This document shows positions 10,554-21,236 of a stretch of 64,000 bases of DNA, in pieces. Position numbers and translations under genes: made by a program. The stretch covers positions 1,888,001 through 1,952,000 of the forward strand of contig CAXXWQ010000004.1 in the NCBI GenBank assembly GCA_963674945.2, written 5' to 3'. This stretch comes from an uncultured Desulfosarcina sp. GTDB taxonomy: Bacteria; Desulfobacterota; Desulfobacteria; Desulfobacterales; Desulfosarcinaceae. The notes beneath the pieces were generated by a model. The model worked only from the letters and a program-made list of their open reading frames with translations. It searched no databases and was not told where the DNA came from. Position 1 is the stretch's first letter, and each line of letters starts with the position of its first letter.

Positions 10554-10767
10554 GTTCGGCAGACCGGTTTTCTCCACCAATAAAGATTCCAGATTGCTGA
10601 TCACGATAGTACCAGCCTTCATCCAAGTGCGTCAGAAACCCCATTGGTCTGGACACCGTCGACAACTGTGGTGTATGGTAACGTACCAAAAAGAATAAAC
10701 GAGTCAACAATCACAAATGTCATCATCACGAATCGCACTGCGGCAATTTACACAAGGACCGGCAATC

Positions 10768-12579
10768 ATGTCCATGGCGACGCTCTTGCTCGCCCTTTAC
10801 CTTTGTATCCCGGGATGGGCCGTCGCAGGTGATATGCCCGGCGTCACCGCCGAGGATACCGTCACCCGCGCCCATGCCATCGCCATGAACAAGGAGCCGA
10901 AATATCCCTCGGGCTTCGACCATTTCCATTACGTCAACCCCCGCGCACCCAAGCAGGGCCTTCTCCGCCAGGCGTCCATCGGCACCTTCGATTCGCTGAA
11001 TCCCTATATCGCCAAGGGGAATCCGGCCGACGGCCTGGGATTTACCTATGACACACTCATGGTATCCTCCGAAGACGAGCCCTTCACCCACTATGGCCTG
11101 ATCGCCGAAACCATCGAGTATCCGGCCGACCGGTCGTGGGTGATCTTTCACATCGATCCGCAAGCCCGGTTCCATGACGGCCGACCGGTGACCGCCGCGG
11201 ATGTGGTCTTCTCCTTTACCATCCTCATGGAGAAGGGATCACCCCTTTACTCCCGCTATTATGCCGACGTCACCGAAGTTCGGGCACTGGACGACCGGCG
11301 CGTGCGATTCGACTTCAAAGAGGGATCCAACCGCGAACTGCCGCTGATCCTGGGACAGCTGCCCGTTTTGCCCCAACACGCCTGGAAGGACCGTGATTTC
11401 GGGCAGACCACCCTGGACCCGCCCCTGGGATCGGGGCCCTATCGCATCGCCGGGATCGACCCGGGCCGTTCCATCACCTATGAACTGGACCCCGACTACT
11501 GGGGCCGGGACCTGCCGGTCAATCGCGGCCGTTTCAATTTTGCCCGCATGCGGTTCGACTACTACCGCGATGCCACGGTGTCACTGGAGGCGTTCAAAAG
11601 CGGTGCCTACGATTTCCGCCTGGAGAATATCGCCAAACAATGGGCCACGGCCTACACGGGCCCGCCATTCGAACAGGGTCGCATTGTCAAGGAAGAGATC
11701 CCCAATCAAATCCCCGCTGGCATGCAGTGCTTTGTGATGAACCAGCGCAGGCCGCTGTTCGCCGATCGGCGGGTGCGATTTGCTCTGGCCCATGCCTTCG
11801 ACTTCGAGTGGACCAATCAGCAGCTGTTTTACGGTATGTATCGTCGGACGGACTCCTATTTCGAAAACTCCGAGATGGAGGCAAAAGGGCTGCCATCACC
11901 GGCGGAACTCGCCATTTTAAGCCCGCTTCGCGACCTTTTGTGGCCCGAAGTTTTCACAAAGGACTATTCCCCTCCCTCGACCGCGGGGCCCAACGGATTA
12001 CGAAAAAATCTGCTTGCGGCCCTACAAATGCTCCGTGTGGCCGGATGGCATGTCGAGGATGGTATTTTGCGGAACAATGAAACCGGAGAGCCCTTCAGCT
12101 TCGAAATCCTGATTGTTCAGCCCTCCTTCGAACGGGTCGTGCTGCCCTTTACCGCCAATTTGAAACGGCTGGGCATCCGTGCCCAGGTGCGCCTCGTGGA
12201 CAGCTCCCAGTACATCAACCGCCTACGCGAATTCGATTACGACATGATCGTGGCCGTCTTCGGCCAGTCCCTGTCACCGGGAAACGAACAGCGATGGTAC
12301 TGGAGCTCCCAGGCGGCCGATATTCCGGGAACACGTAACTATGCCGGAATCAAGAGCGAGGCCGTCGACCGCCTCGTGGAGTTGGTCATCGCTGCCGACT
12401 CGCGAGAGGCCCTGGTGAACCGTTGCAGAGCACTGGACCGAGCCCTTCTCTGGGGACATTACGTGATTCCCCACTGGTACGTGGGGCAATTCCGCGTAGC
12501 CTATGCCTCCCGGCTCAGGCATCCCGAGAACCTGCCGCCCTATGGACTGGCACTGGATTCCTGGTGGATGGAGAAGTAG
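10768..12579 (+). CDS. yejA: peptide/microcin C ABC transporter solute-binding protein (family 5)
   Basis: HAIAM..EPKYP.GF.HF.YVNP.APK.G, GTFDSLNPYI.KG, ARFHDG.PVTA.DV.FSF; signal peptide. Confidence 0.88.
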   Translation: MSMATLLLALYLCIPGWAVAGDMPGVTAEDTVTRAHAIAMNKEPKYPSGFDHFHYVNPRAPKQGLLRQASIGTFDSLNPYIAKGNPADGLGFTYDTLMVSSEDEPFTHYGLIAETIEYPADRSWVIFHIDPQARFHDGRPVTAADVVFSFTILMEKGSPLYSRYYADVTEVRALDDRRVRFDFKEGSNRELPLILGQLPVLPQHAWKDRDFGQTTLDPPLGSGPYRIAGIDPGRSITYELDPDYWGRDLPVNRGRFNFARMRFDYYRDATVSLEAFKSGAYDFRLENIAKQWATAYTGPPFEQGRIVKEEIPNQIPAGMQCFVMNQRRPLFADRRVRFALAHAFDFEWTNQQLFYGMYRRTDSYFENSEMEAKGLPSPAELAILSPLRDLLWPEVFTKDYSPPSTAGPNGLRKNLLAALQMLRVAGWHVEDGILRNNETGEPFSFEILIVQPSFERVVLPFTANLKRLGIRAQVRLVDSSQYINRLREFDYDMIVAVFGQSLSPGNEQRWYWSSQAADIPGTRNYAGIKSEAVDRLVELVIAADSREALVNRCRALDRALLWGHYVIPHWYVGQFRVAYASRLRHPENLPPYGLALDSWWMEK

Positions 12580-13668
12580 ATGACCGCATATATCATCAGA
12601 CGCCTTTTGCTGATCATCCCAACCCTTTTCGGGATCATGACCATCAACTTTTTCGTCATCCAGGCGGCACCGGGTGGACCGGTGGAACAGTTGTTGGCCA
12701 ATCTGGAAGGCCAGGCCGTAAGTGCGACGGAGCGCTTTTCCGGGGGCGATACGGCCGAACTTCTCACCCGAGGCGGTCAGAAGGAGAGTACTTACCGCGG
12801 CGCCCAGGGGCTGGACGCCGATCTGGTGGAACGCATCGAGAAGATGTACGGTTTCGACAAGCCCCTGCACAAACGCTTCGTCGAAATGCTCGCCAACTAC
12901 GCCACCTTCGATTTCGGTGACAGCTTCTACCAGGATCGCAGTGTCATCGACATCATCGTTTCCAAGTTGCCGGTCTCCATCTCCCTCGGGCTGTGGTCCA
13001 CACTCCTGATCTACCTGGTCTCCATCCCCCTGGGCATCAAGAAGGCGGTGGAACACGGCTCGCGCTTCGATATCGTCAGTTCCACGGCGATCATCATCGG
13101 CAATGCCGTGCCGGTATTCCTCTTTGCCGTACTGCTGGTGGTCCTCTTCGCCGGCGGCGCCTATCTGGACTGGTTTCCATTGCGGGGACTCACCTCGGAG
13201 AACTGGTCGTCCCTCTCCTGGCCCATGCGGATCCTCGACTACTTCTGGCATCTGGTATTGCCGGTCACCGCCATCACCATCGGCGGCTTCGCCACCTTGA
13301 CCATGCTGACCAAAAACTCTTTTCTGGACGAAATCGGAAAACAGTACGTGGTAACGGCACGGGCCAAGGGAATCTCCGAGCGCCGGGTGCTCTATTTCCA
13401 CGTCTTTCGCAACGCCATGCTGATCATCATCGCCGGCTTTCCGGCGGCCTTCATCAGCATGTTCTTCACCGGTTCGCTTCTCATCGAGGTGATCTTCTCA
13501 CTGGACGGATTGGGTCTTCTGGGTTATACGTCCACCATCACCCGCGACTATCCGGTCATGTTCGCAACGCTCTATATTTTCACCCTGGTGGGCCTTTTGT
13601 TGAAAATCGTTTCCGATATCACCTACATGCTGGTCGATCCCCGCATCGACTTCGAAACCCGGATGTAA
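12580..13668 (+). CDS. yejB: peptide ABC transporter permease
   Basis: [55 protein letters not shown]. Confidence 0.92.
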   Translation: MTAYIIRRLLLIIPTLFGIMTINFFVIQAAPGGPVEQLLANLEGQAVSATERFSGGDTAELLTRGGQKESTYRGAQGLDADLVERIEKMYGFDKPLHKRFVEMLANYATFDFGDSFYQDRSVIDIIVSKLPVSISLGLWSTLLIYLVSIPLGIKKAVEHGSRFDIVSSTAIIIGNAVPVFLFAVLLVVLFAGGAYLDWFPLRGLTSENWSSLSWPMRILDYFWHLVLPVTAITIGGFATLTMLTKNSFLDEIGKQYVVTARAKGISERRVLYFHVFRNAMLIIIAGFPAAFISMFFTGSLLIEVIFSLDGLGLLGYTSTITRDYPVMFATLYIFTLVGLLLKIVSDITYMLVDPRIDFETRM

Positions 13669-13673
13669 GGGAT

Positions 13674-14729
13674 ATGAAGCTGACCCGCAAACCACAAAAC
13701 CCTATCAACCGGCGCCGCTGGCGAAACTTCCGGTCCAACCGCCGCGGATGGTGGTCCCTGTGGATTTTTCTGATCCTCTTTGCCGGATCCATGGGGGCCG
13801 AATTGATCGCCAACGACAAGCCCCTCGTGGTCCGGTTCAAGGGGTCGTTCTACCTGCCCGTGGTGGCCACCTACCCCGAGACCACCTTCGGCGGCGATTT
13901 TCCCACCGAGACCGATTACCGGGATCCCTTCGTCCAGGAACTGATCGAGGCCGAGGGATGGATGCTCTGGCCGCCGATCCGGTTTTCCTACGATACCATC
14001 AACTGGCGGCTGGGACGTCCGGCGCCCAGCCCGCCCACCGCCGACAACTGGCTGGGTACCGACGACCGAGGACGCGACGTGGCCGCCCGCCTGATCTATG
14101 GATTTCGCATCTCGGTGATCTTCGGACTGGTTCTCACCCTTGCCAGTACGATTATCGGCGTGGCGGCAGGCGCCGTTCAAGGATTCTACGGCGGCCGCAT
14201 CGACATTTTCGGCCAGCGGTTTATCGAGATCTGGCAGGGGCTGCCGGTGCTGTTTCTGCTCATCATTCTCTCCTCCTTCGTGCAGCCCAATTTCTGGTGG
14301 CTCTTGGGCATCATGCTGCTCTTCTCGTGGATGACCCTGGTGGACGTGGTGCGGGCCGAATTTCTCCGGGGCCGCAACCTCGATTACGTCAGGGCGGCGC
14401 GCACGCTGGGCGCCGGAGACCTGACCATCATGTTCCGGCACGTGCTGCCCAACGCAATGATCGCCACCGTCACCTTCATGCCCTTCATCCTCAACGGCTC
14501 CATCACCACCCTTACCAGCCTGGACTTTCTCGGCTTCGGCATGCCGCCGGGTTCCCCGAGTCTGGGAGAACTGCTGGCCCAGGGAAAGGCCAATCTGCAG
14601 GCGCCATGGATCGGTATATCCACCTTTATCGTACTTGCGTTGCTGCTCTCCCTGCTGGTCTTCATCGGTGAGGCAGCCCGGGATGCATTCGACCCCCGTC
14701 ATGATCCAACCCAGGGAGGCCGCCCATGA
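13674..14729 (+). CDS. yejE: peptide ABC transporter permease
   Basis: NRRGWWSLWIF, AELIANDKP, NWLGTDDRGRDV.ARLIYGFRIS; true start ATG 13674. Confidence 0.92.
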   Translation: MKLTRKPQNPINRRRWRNFRSNRRGWWSLWIFLILFAGSMGAELIANDKPLVVRFKGSFYLPVVATYPETTFGGDFPTETDYRDPFVQELIEAEGWMLWPPIRFSYDTINWRLGRPAPSPPTADNWLGTDDRGRDVAARLIYGFRISVIFGLVLTLASTIIGVAAGAVQGFYGGRIDIFGQRFIEIWQGLPVLFLLIILSSFVQPNFWWLLGIMLLFSWMTLVDVVRAEFLRGRNLDYVRAARTLGAGDLTIMFRHVLPNAMIATVTFMPFILNGSITTLTSLDFLGFGMPPGSPSLGELLAQGKANLQAPWIGISTFIVLALLLSLLVFIGEAARDAFDPRHDPTQGGRP

Positions 14730-16330
14730 CCCGTCCCCTCCTGGAAATCCGTGACCTTTCCATCGACTTTGCATCCGGCGATACCGTGACCCATGCGGTG
14801 CAAAGCGTCGATTTCAGCGTAGACAAGGGTGAAACACTGGCCCTGGTGGGCGAATCCGGATCGGGCAAAACCGTGACGGCGATGTCCATCATCCGGCTCC
14901 TGCCATCGAACGCACGCTATGTGTCGGGAGAGATCCGGCTCAAGGACGAAGAGATGCTTGGTGCAGATGATGAGATCCTGCGTAAGGCCCGTGGCGACAC
15001 CGTAGGGATGGTCTTCCAGGAACCCATGAGTTCACTCAACCCGCTTCACACGGTGCACAATCAGATCGCCGAGGTCATCGCCAACCATCGCCCCATGAAC
15101 CGACAGCAAATGCGGGAAAGAGTAATCGAGTTGTTGCTCCTGGTCGGCATCCCCGATGCCGAAAAACGGCTCGGTGCCTTTCCCCATGAGCTCTCCGGCG
15201 GCCAGCGCCAGCGGGTGATGATCGCCATGGCACTGGCCAACGACCCAGAGCTGCTGATCGCCGACGAGCCCACCACGGCCTTGGACGTCACCATCCAGGT
15301 CCAGGTCATGGAACTGCTCGCAGACATTCAAAAACGTCTTGGGATGGCCGTGCTGTTGATCAGTCATGATCTGTCCATGGTGCGACGCATGGCCGACCGG
15401 GTGGCGGTGATGAAGGAAGGACGCATCGTCGAGACGGCCGGGCGGCAACAGCTCTTTTCCATGCCCCAGCATGCCTACACACGCCGGCTGATCGATGCCG
15501 AGCCGTCCGGACGTCCCGCCGGTAACATCCAGGACGCACCCGAACTTTTAGCCGTCGAGGACCTGAAGGTCCACTTTCCCATCAAAAAAGGTGTCTTCAA
15601 GCGAACCGTCGACCACGTGCGCGCCGTGGACGGGGTCTCTGTCTGCATTCGCCGGGGAGAATCCTTGGGTGTGGTGGGAGAATCGGGCTCGGGCAAATCG
15701 ACCCTGGCTTATGCCGTGCTGCGATTGCTCAAGGAAGCCGTGGGGCCCATCCGGTTCGACGGAACGCGCCTGGACACCTTACACAGGCGGGCCATGCAAC
15801 CCCATCGACGGGAAATCCAGGCGGTATTTCAGGATCCCTTCGGCTCCCTCTCCCCGCGCATGCCCATCCGTGACATCATCGCCGAAGGCCTTCGCATTCA
15901 CGCCATCGGTGACGAGGACGAACGCGATCGGCAGGTGGTTGCGGCCATGGAGGAGGTGGGGCTCGATCCCGAACTTCGCCACCGCTATCCCCACGAATTT
16001 TCCGGCGGACAGCGCCAGCGGGTGGCCATCGCCCGCGTCCTCGTGCTCAAACCGAAACTGGTTATCCTCGATGAACCCACCTCTTCTTTGGACCGCACGG
16101 TTCAATTCCAGGTGATCGAACTCTTACGCCGGCTCCAGCGCGAGCACGATCTTGCCTACCTGTTCATTACCCACGATTTGAAGGTGGTCAAGGCCCTGTG
16201 CCACACGATCATTGTAATGAAAAACGGGAAAGTGGCCGAAGCCGGCGATGCCGATGAGATATTTCAATCCCCCCGGGCCGAAACCACCCGAGAACTATTA
16301 CGTGCCGCTTTTTCCGAATACCGGGAATAG
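14726..16330 (+). CDS. yejF: peptide ABC transporter ATP-binding protein with two NBDs
   Basis: Two Walker A motifs GESGSGK, two LSGGQ/FSGGQ signatures, two DEPT motifs. Confidence 0.9.
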   Translation: MTRPLLEIRDLSIDFASGDTVTHAVQSVDFSVDKGETLALVGESGSGKTVTAMSIIRLLPSNARYVSGEIRLKDEEMLGADDEILRKARGDTVGMVFQEPMSSLNPLHTVHNQIAEVIANHRPMNRQQMRERVIELLLLVGIPDAEKRLGAFPHELSGGQRQRVMIAMALANDPELLIADEPTTALDVTIQVQVMELLADIQKRLGMAVLLISHDLSMVRRMADRVAVMKEGRIVETAGRQQLFSMPQHAYTRRLIDAEPSGRPAGNIQDAPELLAVEDLKVHFPIKKGVFKRTVDHVRAVDGVSVCIRRGESLGVVGESGSGKSTLAYAVLRLLKEAVGPIRFDGTRLDTLHRRAMQPHRREIQAVFQDPFGSLSPRMPIRDIIAEGLRIHAIGDEDERDRQVVAAMEEVGLDPELRHRYPHEFSGGQRQRVAIARVLVLKPKLVILDEPTSSLDRTVQFQVIELLRRLQREHDLAYLFITHDLKVVKALCHTIIVMKNGKVAEAGDADEIFQSPRAETTRELLRAAFSEYRE

Positions 16331-16496
16331 AAACGAGTTTATTGCATGCGATTGTGTGGCCATGCCTGGCTTGACGTAAAACAGTTTATGGTTTTGTGAG
16401 TTCATTGTGAATGTTACCGCTTTGAGCAGCATACAGATAGATGGAAACCATGATTTTTCTTTCTCCCCCCTTCTCTTTAAACCATTCTTCATTTCC

Positions 16497-16610
16497 CTAA
16501 AGCGTTTCCCGCTTCAGACCATCGTCAAACACTGGAAGATAGACGACGTCGACGATCATCAGAGAATTGATCGGCAGAATCATTCCGGCCCACATGGCGG
16601 TGCCCATTTG
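16497..16610 (-). pseudogene. short degenerate fragment of a fetB/ybbM-like permease gene
   Basis: 16531-16605 aligns ungapped to 26087-26161 (about 61/75 nt by hand); GTAMWAGMILPINSLMIV versus GTAMRAGMIPSINSMMTV. Confidence 0.75.
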
Positions 16611-16696
16611 ATTCATATGGAAAGGATAAGGGGTGAACCCATTCCTTGTTGTCTTGACTTTGATCCATTTAATATCTAATTTCAAAACTATATATT

Positions 16697-19152
16697 CAGA
16701 ACACTGCATCTCCGGGAAAACTATGTGACACCTCCGGCATGATTTGAGGTGCTGCAGCCATTTAGTTCGAATATCATTTGCAGCTCGGTACCGGGGTATT
16801 TTACCTGCGCACTGTTCAGATGCGCAAACAGTTGGCAAAGAGCCCGATTGGCCGCTGGGAACGAAGCGCCGTGCAATCGTATATTCAATTGCTGATTTTC
16901 AATATCGGGCAGTACATCGCCTTCGGTCTGGAACAGTGTCTGGAGAAGACTCCGTGCATCCGACGAGTTTACCGTCGGACCCGTGAGCAACCCAACCATT
17001 GCCGTCTCTGCACGATATGCAATCATACGAACCGTGTCCATCAGGCGTTTTCTGCCCGGTTGTAAACGTAAAAATTTATCTTTTGCTTCAAGTTCTCCCC
17101 ACGTGATGTGTTTACTTGTCTGTTTTCGTTTTTCTTTCAACTCGCTGAGTTGATACTCCATCTTTTCGATTTCTTCTAACAGCTCGGCCTTTTTCTCTAT
17201 CCACTTCTTAAACTTTACCGGTTTGTCTTCATTTTCAGGGTGAATGGTCATCTCGGCAAAACAGGCACGACGATATCGTAGCTTGTTCTGCAACGAATTA
17301 CGGGATTGATTCAATTGCCGCCAAACGGGGTTGATTACCCGTTCGGTATCAGGAAATTCAACGACACCATAATCTAAAAGCACATCGATATCAAAATGTT
17401 GCATCATATAGTTGAAAAAGTTTTCCTGACACCACCGGCTGAACATGCGTGCTGCCAATTGAGTATGCGGCAAATCGAAAGCGGTGCTGATTACGCTGGT
17501 CTGGTGTCCGGAATCGGTCAGTTTTCGCACTTGTCGCATCCATGTTGCACCCTTACCAGATCCCACCAAACTACCCATTTCGCAAAGCCGCATCTTCACC
17601 ACCTCTTTGTTTGGCATCGCAACTTCATGCTCGGTGAACCAATGCTCCGGCCATGATTCACCAGGATGCTTATGATACGTCATGCAGCCGATTCGATGGC
17701 GATCCCACATTTCCTTGAAGAATGCGGGACTATATCCTTCCCTGTCGAAAACAAGAACGAACCGGCATAAACATGGGTTCTCTTGTAGTTGCTGCAAACC
17801 GGGTTGATTCGGAACGTCTTGCAACAACCGGGGAACGATATCGTCTCTTAAAACCGCCAATAATCCAGGATCGATCTGCTTTTCGACGACAAAAAAAGGT
17901 CGGCCAATCGCATCGTTAACCCAATAGTCGGTAATGCCCCTCATGCACAATCGTTCCCGGGACACGTAGCGGCGCGGTAGTCGGGTCAATTTTCCATGAT
18001 AAACACGTACATGCCCGTCAACATAAAGCGCGCCAACCGATTCGGGCGCCTGTTCCATCCAGTATTTACCGAGGTATGCGGCCCACTTTTCCGCGCCGTG
18101 GTCTGCGCTCAACGCATCCATCTTGTAACGCAAACAGCGAACCTCCGGTGCACGATCCAAGCCCAATAACTTACCAAATTCTCCCGGAGCATGGCCTCGT
18201 ATTTTTTCTGTCGTCTTGATCCTGCATAAGGCCATAAACGAAAGCAGCAACAAGACATGAAAGATCGTGTAATAGCCTTTGACTTGGCCGAGGAACTGTT
18301 TTGCGCCGGTAAACAACCCGTTTGCCACCAATGACGGTATCGCACAAAGAACGCCTGCTTTGGGAACGTCCAGGCATCTGTCAAAACGAACCGGCGCACC
18401 AACCATTTTGCCCAATGATGCCAATATGCGTTCCCCGACTCGGTTGCAAGCCGTCCCCATACCATCGGCAGCAGCCATGTCGACCATGTCCCGATCTGAT
18501 TTGGTTAGACACGGTTCACCAATCCTTGATTCGATTAACCGACCATCATCTATAGCTTTGCGAAACGTATCGTATTTAATGCCAAGTTCCAGGGCGGCAT
18601 CTTTTTTCGAGCACCCTTGATCCAGTAAACGTTGGGCTTGTTCAAGCACCTCAGGTTTGAAAACCTTGCCGCCGCGTCGTCCCCGCCGCTGAACGAAAAA
18701 TGCCTCGGCGCCGCCGGACCTGAGTTTGTTCACGGATCGGATGACATTGCTCTTGGATACGCCGAATGTGTTTTGGATATCGATCTGGCGGCAAGCTCCG
18801 GATTCAACCAGTTGGGCTGTTATCATCCGAAACATTCGTTGATCGCCTTGTCTGTGAGAATAAATCGGAACGGTCGATAGAAAATAGGTCCAGGTCGTAT
18901 CGTCACGAAATACACTGACAAGCCCGTTGATTTGTCTTGCACCCCGAGGAATAAGTGGTAGTATCTGTTGAGGCATGGCATCCTTTTCCTTTCATTTATC
19001 CGCCAAGATAATAAGGTTAAAGGTGCCATGTTCATTTTCCGGTTGCAATACCTTACCGGCCTGCTGGATTCAGACTCCTATCTTTCTGTTTTTCAACCAC
19101 TTACATTATGTTTTGCTTGCCATATGCAACAATTAGGAAATCAAGTTTCCTG
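16697..19152 (-). mobile_element. complete insertion sequence, 2,456 bp
   Basis: Imperfect TIRs CAGAACACTGCATCTCC (16697-16713) and CAGGAAACTTGATTTCC (reverse complement of 19136-19152), 12/17 identical; ATATT direct repeat at 16692-16696 and 19153-19157; single transposase. Confidence 0.8.
16721..18976 (-). CDS. large DDE-type transposase (751 aa)
   Basis: N-terminal HTH-like regions; LYVDGH, VFDREG and FSRWCQENFF (YREK-like) motifs; coiled-coil segment; enclosed by TIRs. Confidence 0.85.
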   Translation of the reverse strand: MPQQILPLIPRGARQINGLVSVFRDDTTWTYFLSTVPIYSHRQGDQRMFRMITAQLVESGACRQIDIQNTFGVSKSNVIRSVNKLRSGGAEAFFVQRRGRRGGKVFKPEVLEQAQRLLDQGCSKKDAALELGIKYDTFRKAIDDGRLIESRIGEPCLTKSDRDMVDMAAADGMGTACNRVGERILASLGKMVGAPVRFDRCLDVPKAGVLCAIPSLVANGLFTGAKQFLGQVKGYYTIFHVLLLLSFMALCRIKTTEKIRGHAPGEFGKLLGLDRAPEVRCLRYKMDALSADHGAEKWAAYLGKYWMEQAPESVGALYVDGHVRVYHGKLTRLPRRYVSRERLCMRGITDYWVNDAIGRPFFVVEKQIDPGLLAVLRDDIVPRLLQDVPNQPGLQQLQENPCLCRFVLVFDREGYSPAFFKEMWDRHRIGCMTYHKHPGESWPEHWFTEHEVAMPNKEVVKMRLCEMGSLVGSGKGATWMRQVRKLTDSGHQTSVISTAFDLPHTQLAARMFSRWCQENFFNYMMQHFDIDVLLDYGVVEFPDTERVINPVWRQLNQSRNSLQNKLRYRRACFAEMTIHPENEDKPVKFKKWIEKKAELLEEIEKMEYQLSELKEKRKQTSKHITWGELEAKDKFLRLQPGRKRLMDTVRMIAYRAETAMVGLLTGPTVNSSDARSLLQTLFQTEGDVLPDIENQQLNIRLHGASFPAANRALCQLFAHLNSAQVKYPGTELQMIFELNGCSTSNHAGGVT

Positions 19153-19305
19153 ATATTGGATTCCTTAACCGATTGATCAATCATTCCCATTGATTGGACC
19201 AGAACTAAGTAGGAGTTGTCCTGCGTGCGTCTTCTGGTCCAATTCGGGTGTTTGTACGGGTTGCATGTTGCGTTCAATATCGATTTCGAAAGGTAATGGG
19301 CAGTC

Positions 19306-20811
19306 ATGCGCAAACGTATGAAAAAAATCCTGACGCTGTATGATTCGGCGATCGAGGCCGAGAAAAGATTCGAATTTCAGAATGCGAAGAAATATTACAG
19401 AAAGATCGCATCACTATACCCCGGCAGTACTGAAGCGCAAATTGCAGAAGAGAGAATCGAGGATCTCGACGCCTTGAGCAATGAAAAGCGCATCTACCGC
19501 CGCATCGATCGGAATGCCAGGAGATTATTGACGGAGATCGGCATTGATATCAGCAACAGCTCGGCTTTGATGGAACTGTTAATGGAAGCCGACGCCATCG
19601 ATCTGGATAGCAATCATGCCTTATTCATTCCATTAAGAGAAGATTATCTGGATTATTGCCTGGACCTGGTCCCCACCGATATGTCTGAAGACCCGGGTGG
19701 AAATGCCTTCGGAACCGGGGCTACTCCGCCGTTCTTGCTCCGTCCGGGGCGAGACGATCTTGCACCGGCCAACCACGTGGAATTTGAAGCGATTGTCGAT
19801 ACGGCCTGCCAGTTTACGGACAGCCTGGGTATCTTCAGCTTGCCGGTAGCCACCGATCATTCCATTTCAGATTTTGAGTGTGCAACATTGATGGATCGTT
19901 TTCCAGATCTTAAAATGACGCACACGGTGCACATGTCCGATGAAGAAGCAGCGCTTTTAAGTGACCGGGACGACTGGCTTGACGGTACAAGCCTCATCAC
20001 ATCACTGACATTCATGCCTTCGATGGTTGAACCGTTTTTAAGAAGCGTTCGGCTGGGAAACAACCTCTTGCTGCTCGACTTGACCATTGCCGGCTCAACC
20101 GGACCATTGAGCCCGGAAGCGCTGCTCACGCAGGTTCACGCCCAGGTTCTTTTCATGATGGTATTGGCGCAGACCGTCAACCCCGGCTTGACCTGTGTAC
20201 ACGGCGGCATCCCGGATGTGCTGGGCATCGGCGGAGATCTGAGCTACAGCGATCCCGGTCAACCGATCATCAACTCGGCCATGGCGCGATTGAACATGTG
20301 GGTAACGGGCTACCCCACTGCTCAGTCAGGCGGCAGCACCAGTATTATTGATGATATTCAGGCGGCAGTAGAGGAGTCCGAGCTGAGTCGAAACACATTG
20401 CGCGAATACGGTGTACACATCTTGCGTCACGCCATGGGTTCGCTGGGCAGTCTTAATTATTTCAGCCTGGAAAAATTTATAGAGGATTGCAAAAGGGAAA
20501 GGGCGGCACGTAAGATATGGCTCGGGAAACGCCATGATTTTTTCGTTCCCCTCTATGTGCCGGAAGACAAGAACGTAGTGAGCGGCATCCGGGAAATCGC
20601 GGAAAAGGGTGGGCCGAAAAACGCGGATCACACGCTGAATAATGTGGGCGCCTTTTTCAAATGGCGTCAGAAACTGATCGATGCCAGTCAAAGGAAGGAG
20701 TATTTTCCTGAATTGCCCAATACTGTCCGCAGAGAAAGGGATCAACTGAACCGTGCCTCCCGTGCCGACAGTGCCGCCCAGTTGCAGGAAACGTTTTTCG
20801 TGAATGAATAG
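19306..20811 (+). CDS. MttB (trimethylamine methyltransferase) superfamily protein, non-pyrrolysine, with N-terminal TPR-like hairpin
   Basis: FGTGATPPF; IAGSTGPLS..ALLTQ.HAQVL...LAQTVNPG...HGG resembles the MttB core; no in-frame TAG. Confidence 0.7.
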   Translation: MRKRMKKILTLYDSAIEAEKRFEFQNAKKYYRKIASLYPGSTEAQIAEERIEDLDALSNEKRIYRRIDRNARRLLTEIGIDISNSSALMELLMEADAIDLDSNHALFIPLREDYLDYCLDLVPTDMSEDPGGNAFGTGATPPFLLRPGRDDLAPANHVEFEAIVDTACQFTDSLGIFSLPVATDHSISDFECATLMDRFPDLKMTHTVHMSDEEAALLSDRDDWLDGTSLITSLTFMPSMVEPFLRSVRLGNNLLLLDLTIAGSTGPLSPEALLTQVHAQVLFMMVLAQTVNPGLTCVHGGIPDVLGIGGDLSYSDPGQPIINSAMARLNMWVTGYPTAQSGGSTSIIDDIQAAVEESELSRNTLREYGVHILRHAMGSLGSLNYFSLEKFIEDCKRERAARKIWLGKRHDFFVPLYVPEDKNVVSGIREIAEKGGPKNADHTLNNVGAFFKWRQKLIDASQRKEYFPELPNTVRRERDQLNRASRADSAAQLQETFFVNE

Positions 20812-21236
20812 AAACTTCAAAAAATGCGAGAATGACGATGGGTATAAGAATCTATATGGCCCATCGTTCACGAAGCTTCAAGAACGGCAAACAAGAATTC
20901 AAATCCAAAATCGTTATGCTAACTATGGAGAATTTTGTTCCTTTTCTCATTTTCCTTAAATCGACCGGTCCGTGAGATCCTGCGATTCATCGGTCTATTT
21001 TTACTCATGAGAAAAATAGCCATGAAGTTCGAACCGAAATTCTCTAATTTATAGATAAAATGAAAATTTCTCTTCCGCAAGATACAGGATTTGGAATTTT
21101 ATCCTTTCTTTCCAGTAAATTACGATCTTTATTTTCTCATTGAAATCCGATTTCAGCGATCACATTGGTTGCTTTGTAGTAGAGATTATATTATAAAATC
21201 TATCTGTGCCAAGATATCGATTTCAGGAACCCGACA

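Noticed and set aside
12274..14774. Long antisense and alternate-frame ORFs over yejB/yejE, including the 578-aa extension from 12993
   Set aside because: Shadow ORFs of GC-rich genes; yejE homology begins at ATG 13674
19306..20811. Pyrrolysine read-through in the MttB-like gene
   Set aside because: The ORF is full length with no internal TAG and no pyl genes are in the window
20835..20867. Hairpin ACGATGGG..CCCATCGT after the MttB-like gene as a terminator
   Set aside because: Large loop and no U-tract; function cannot be supported
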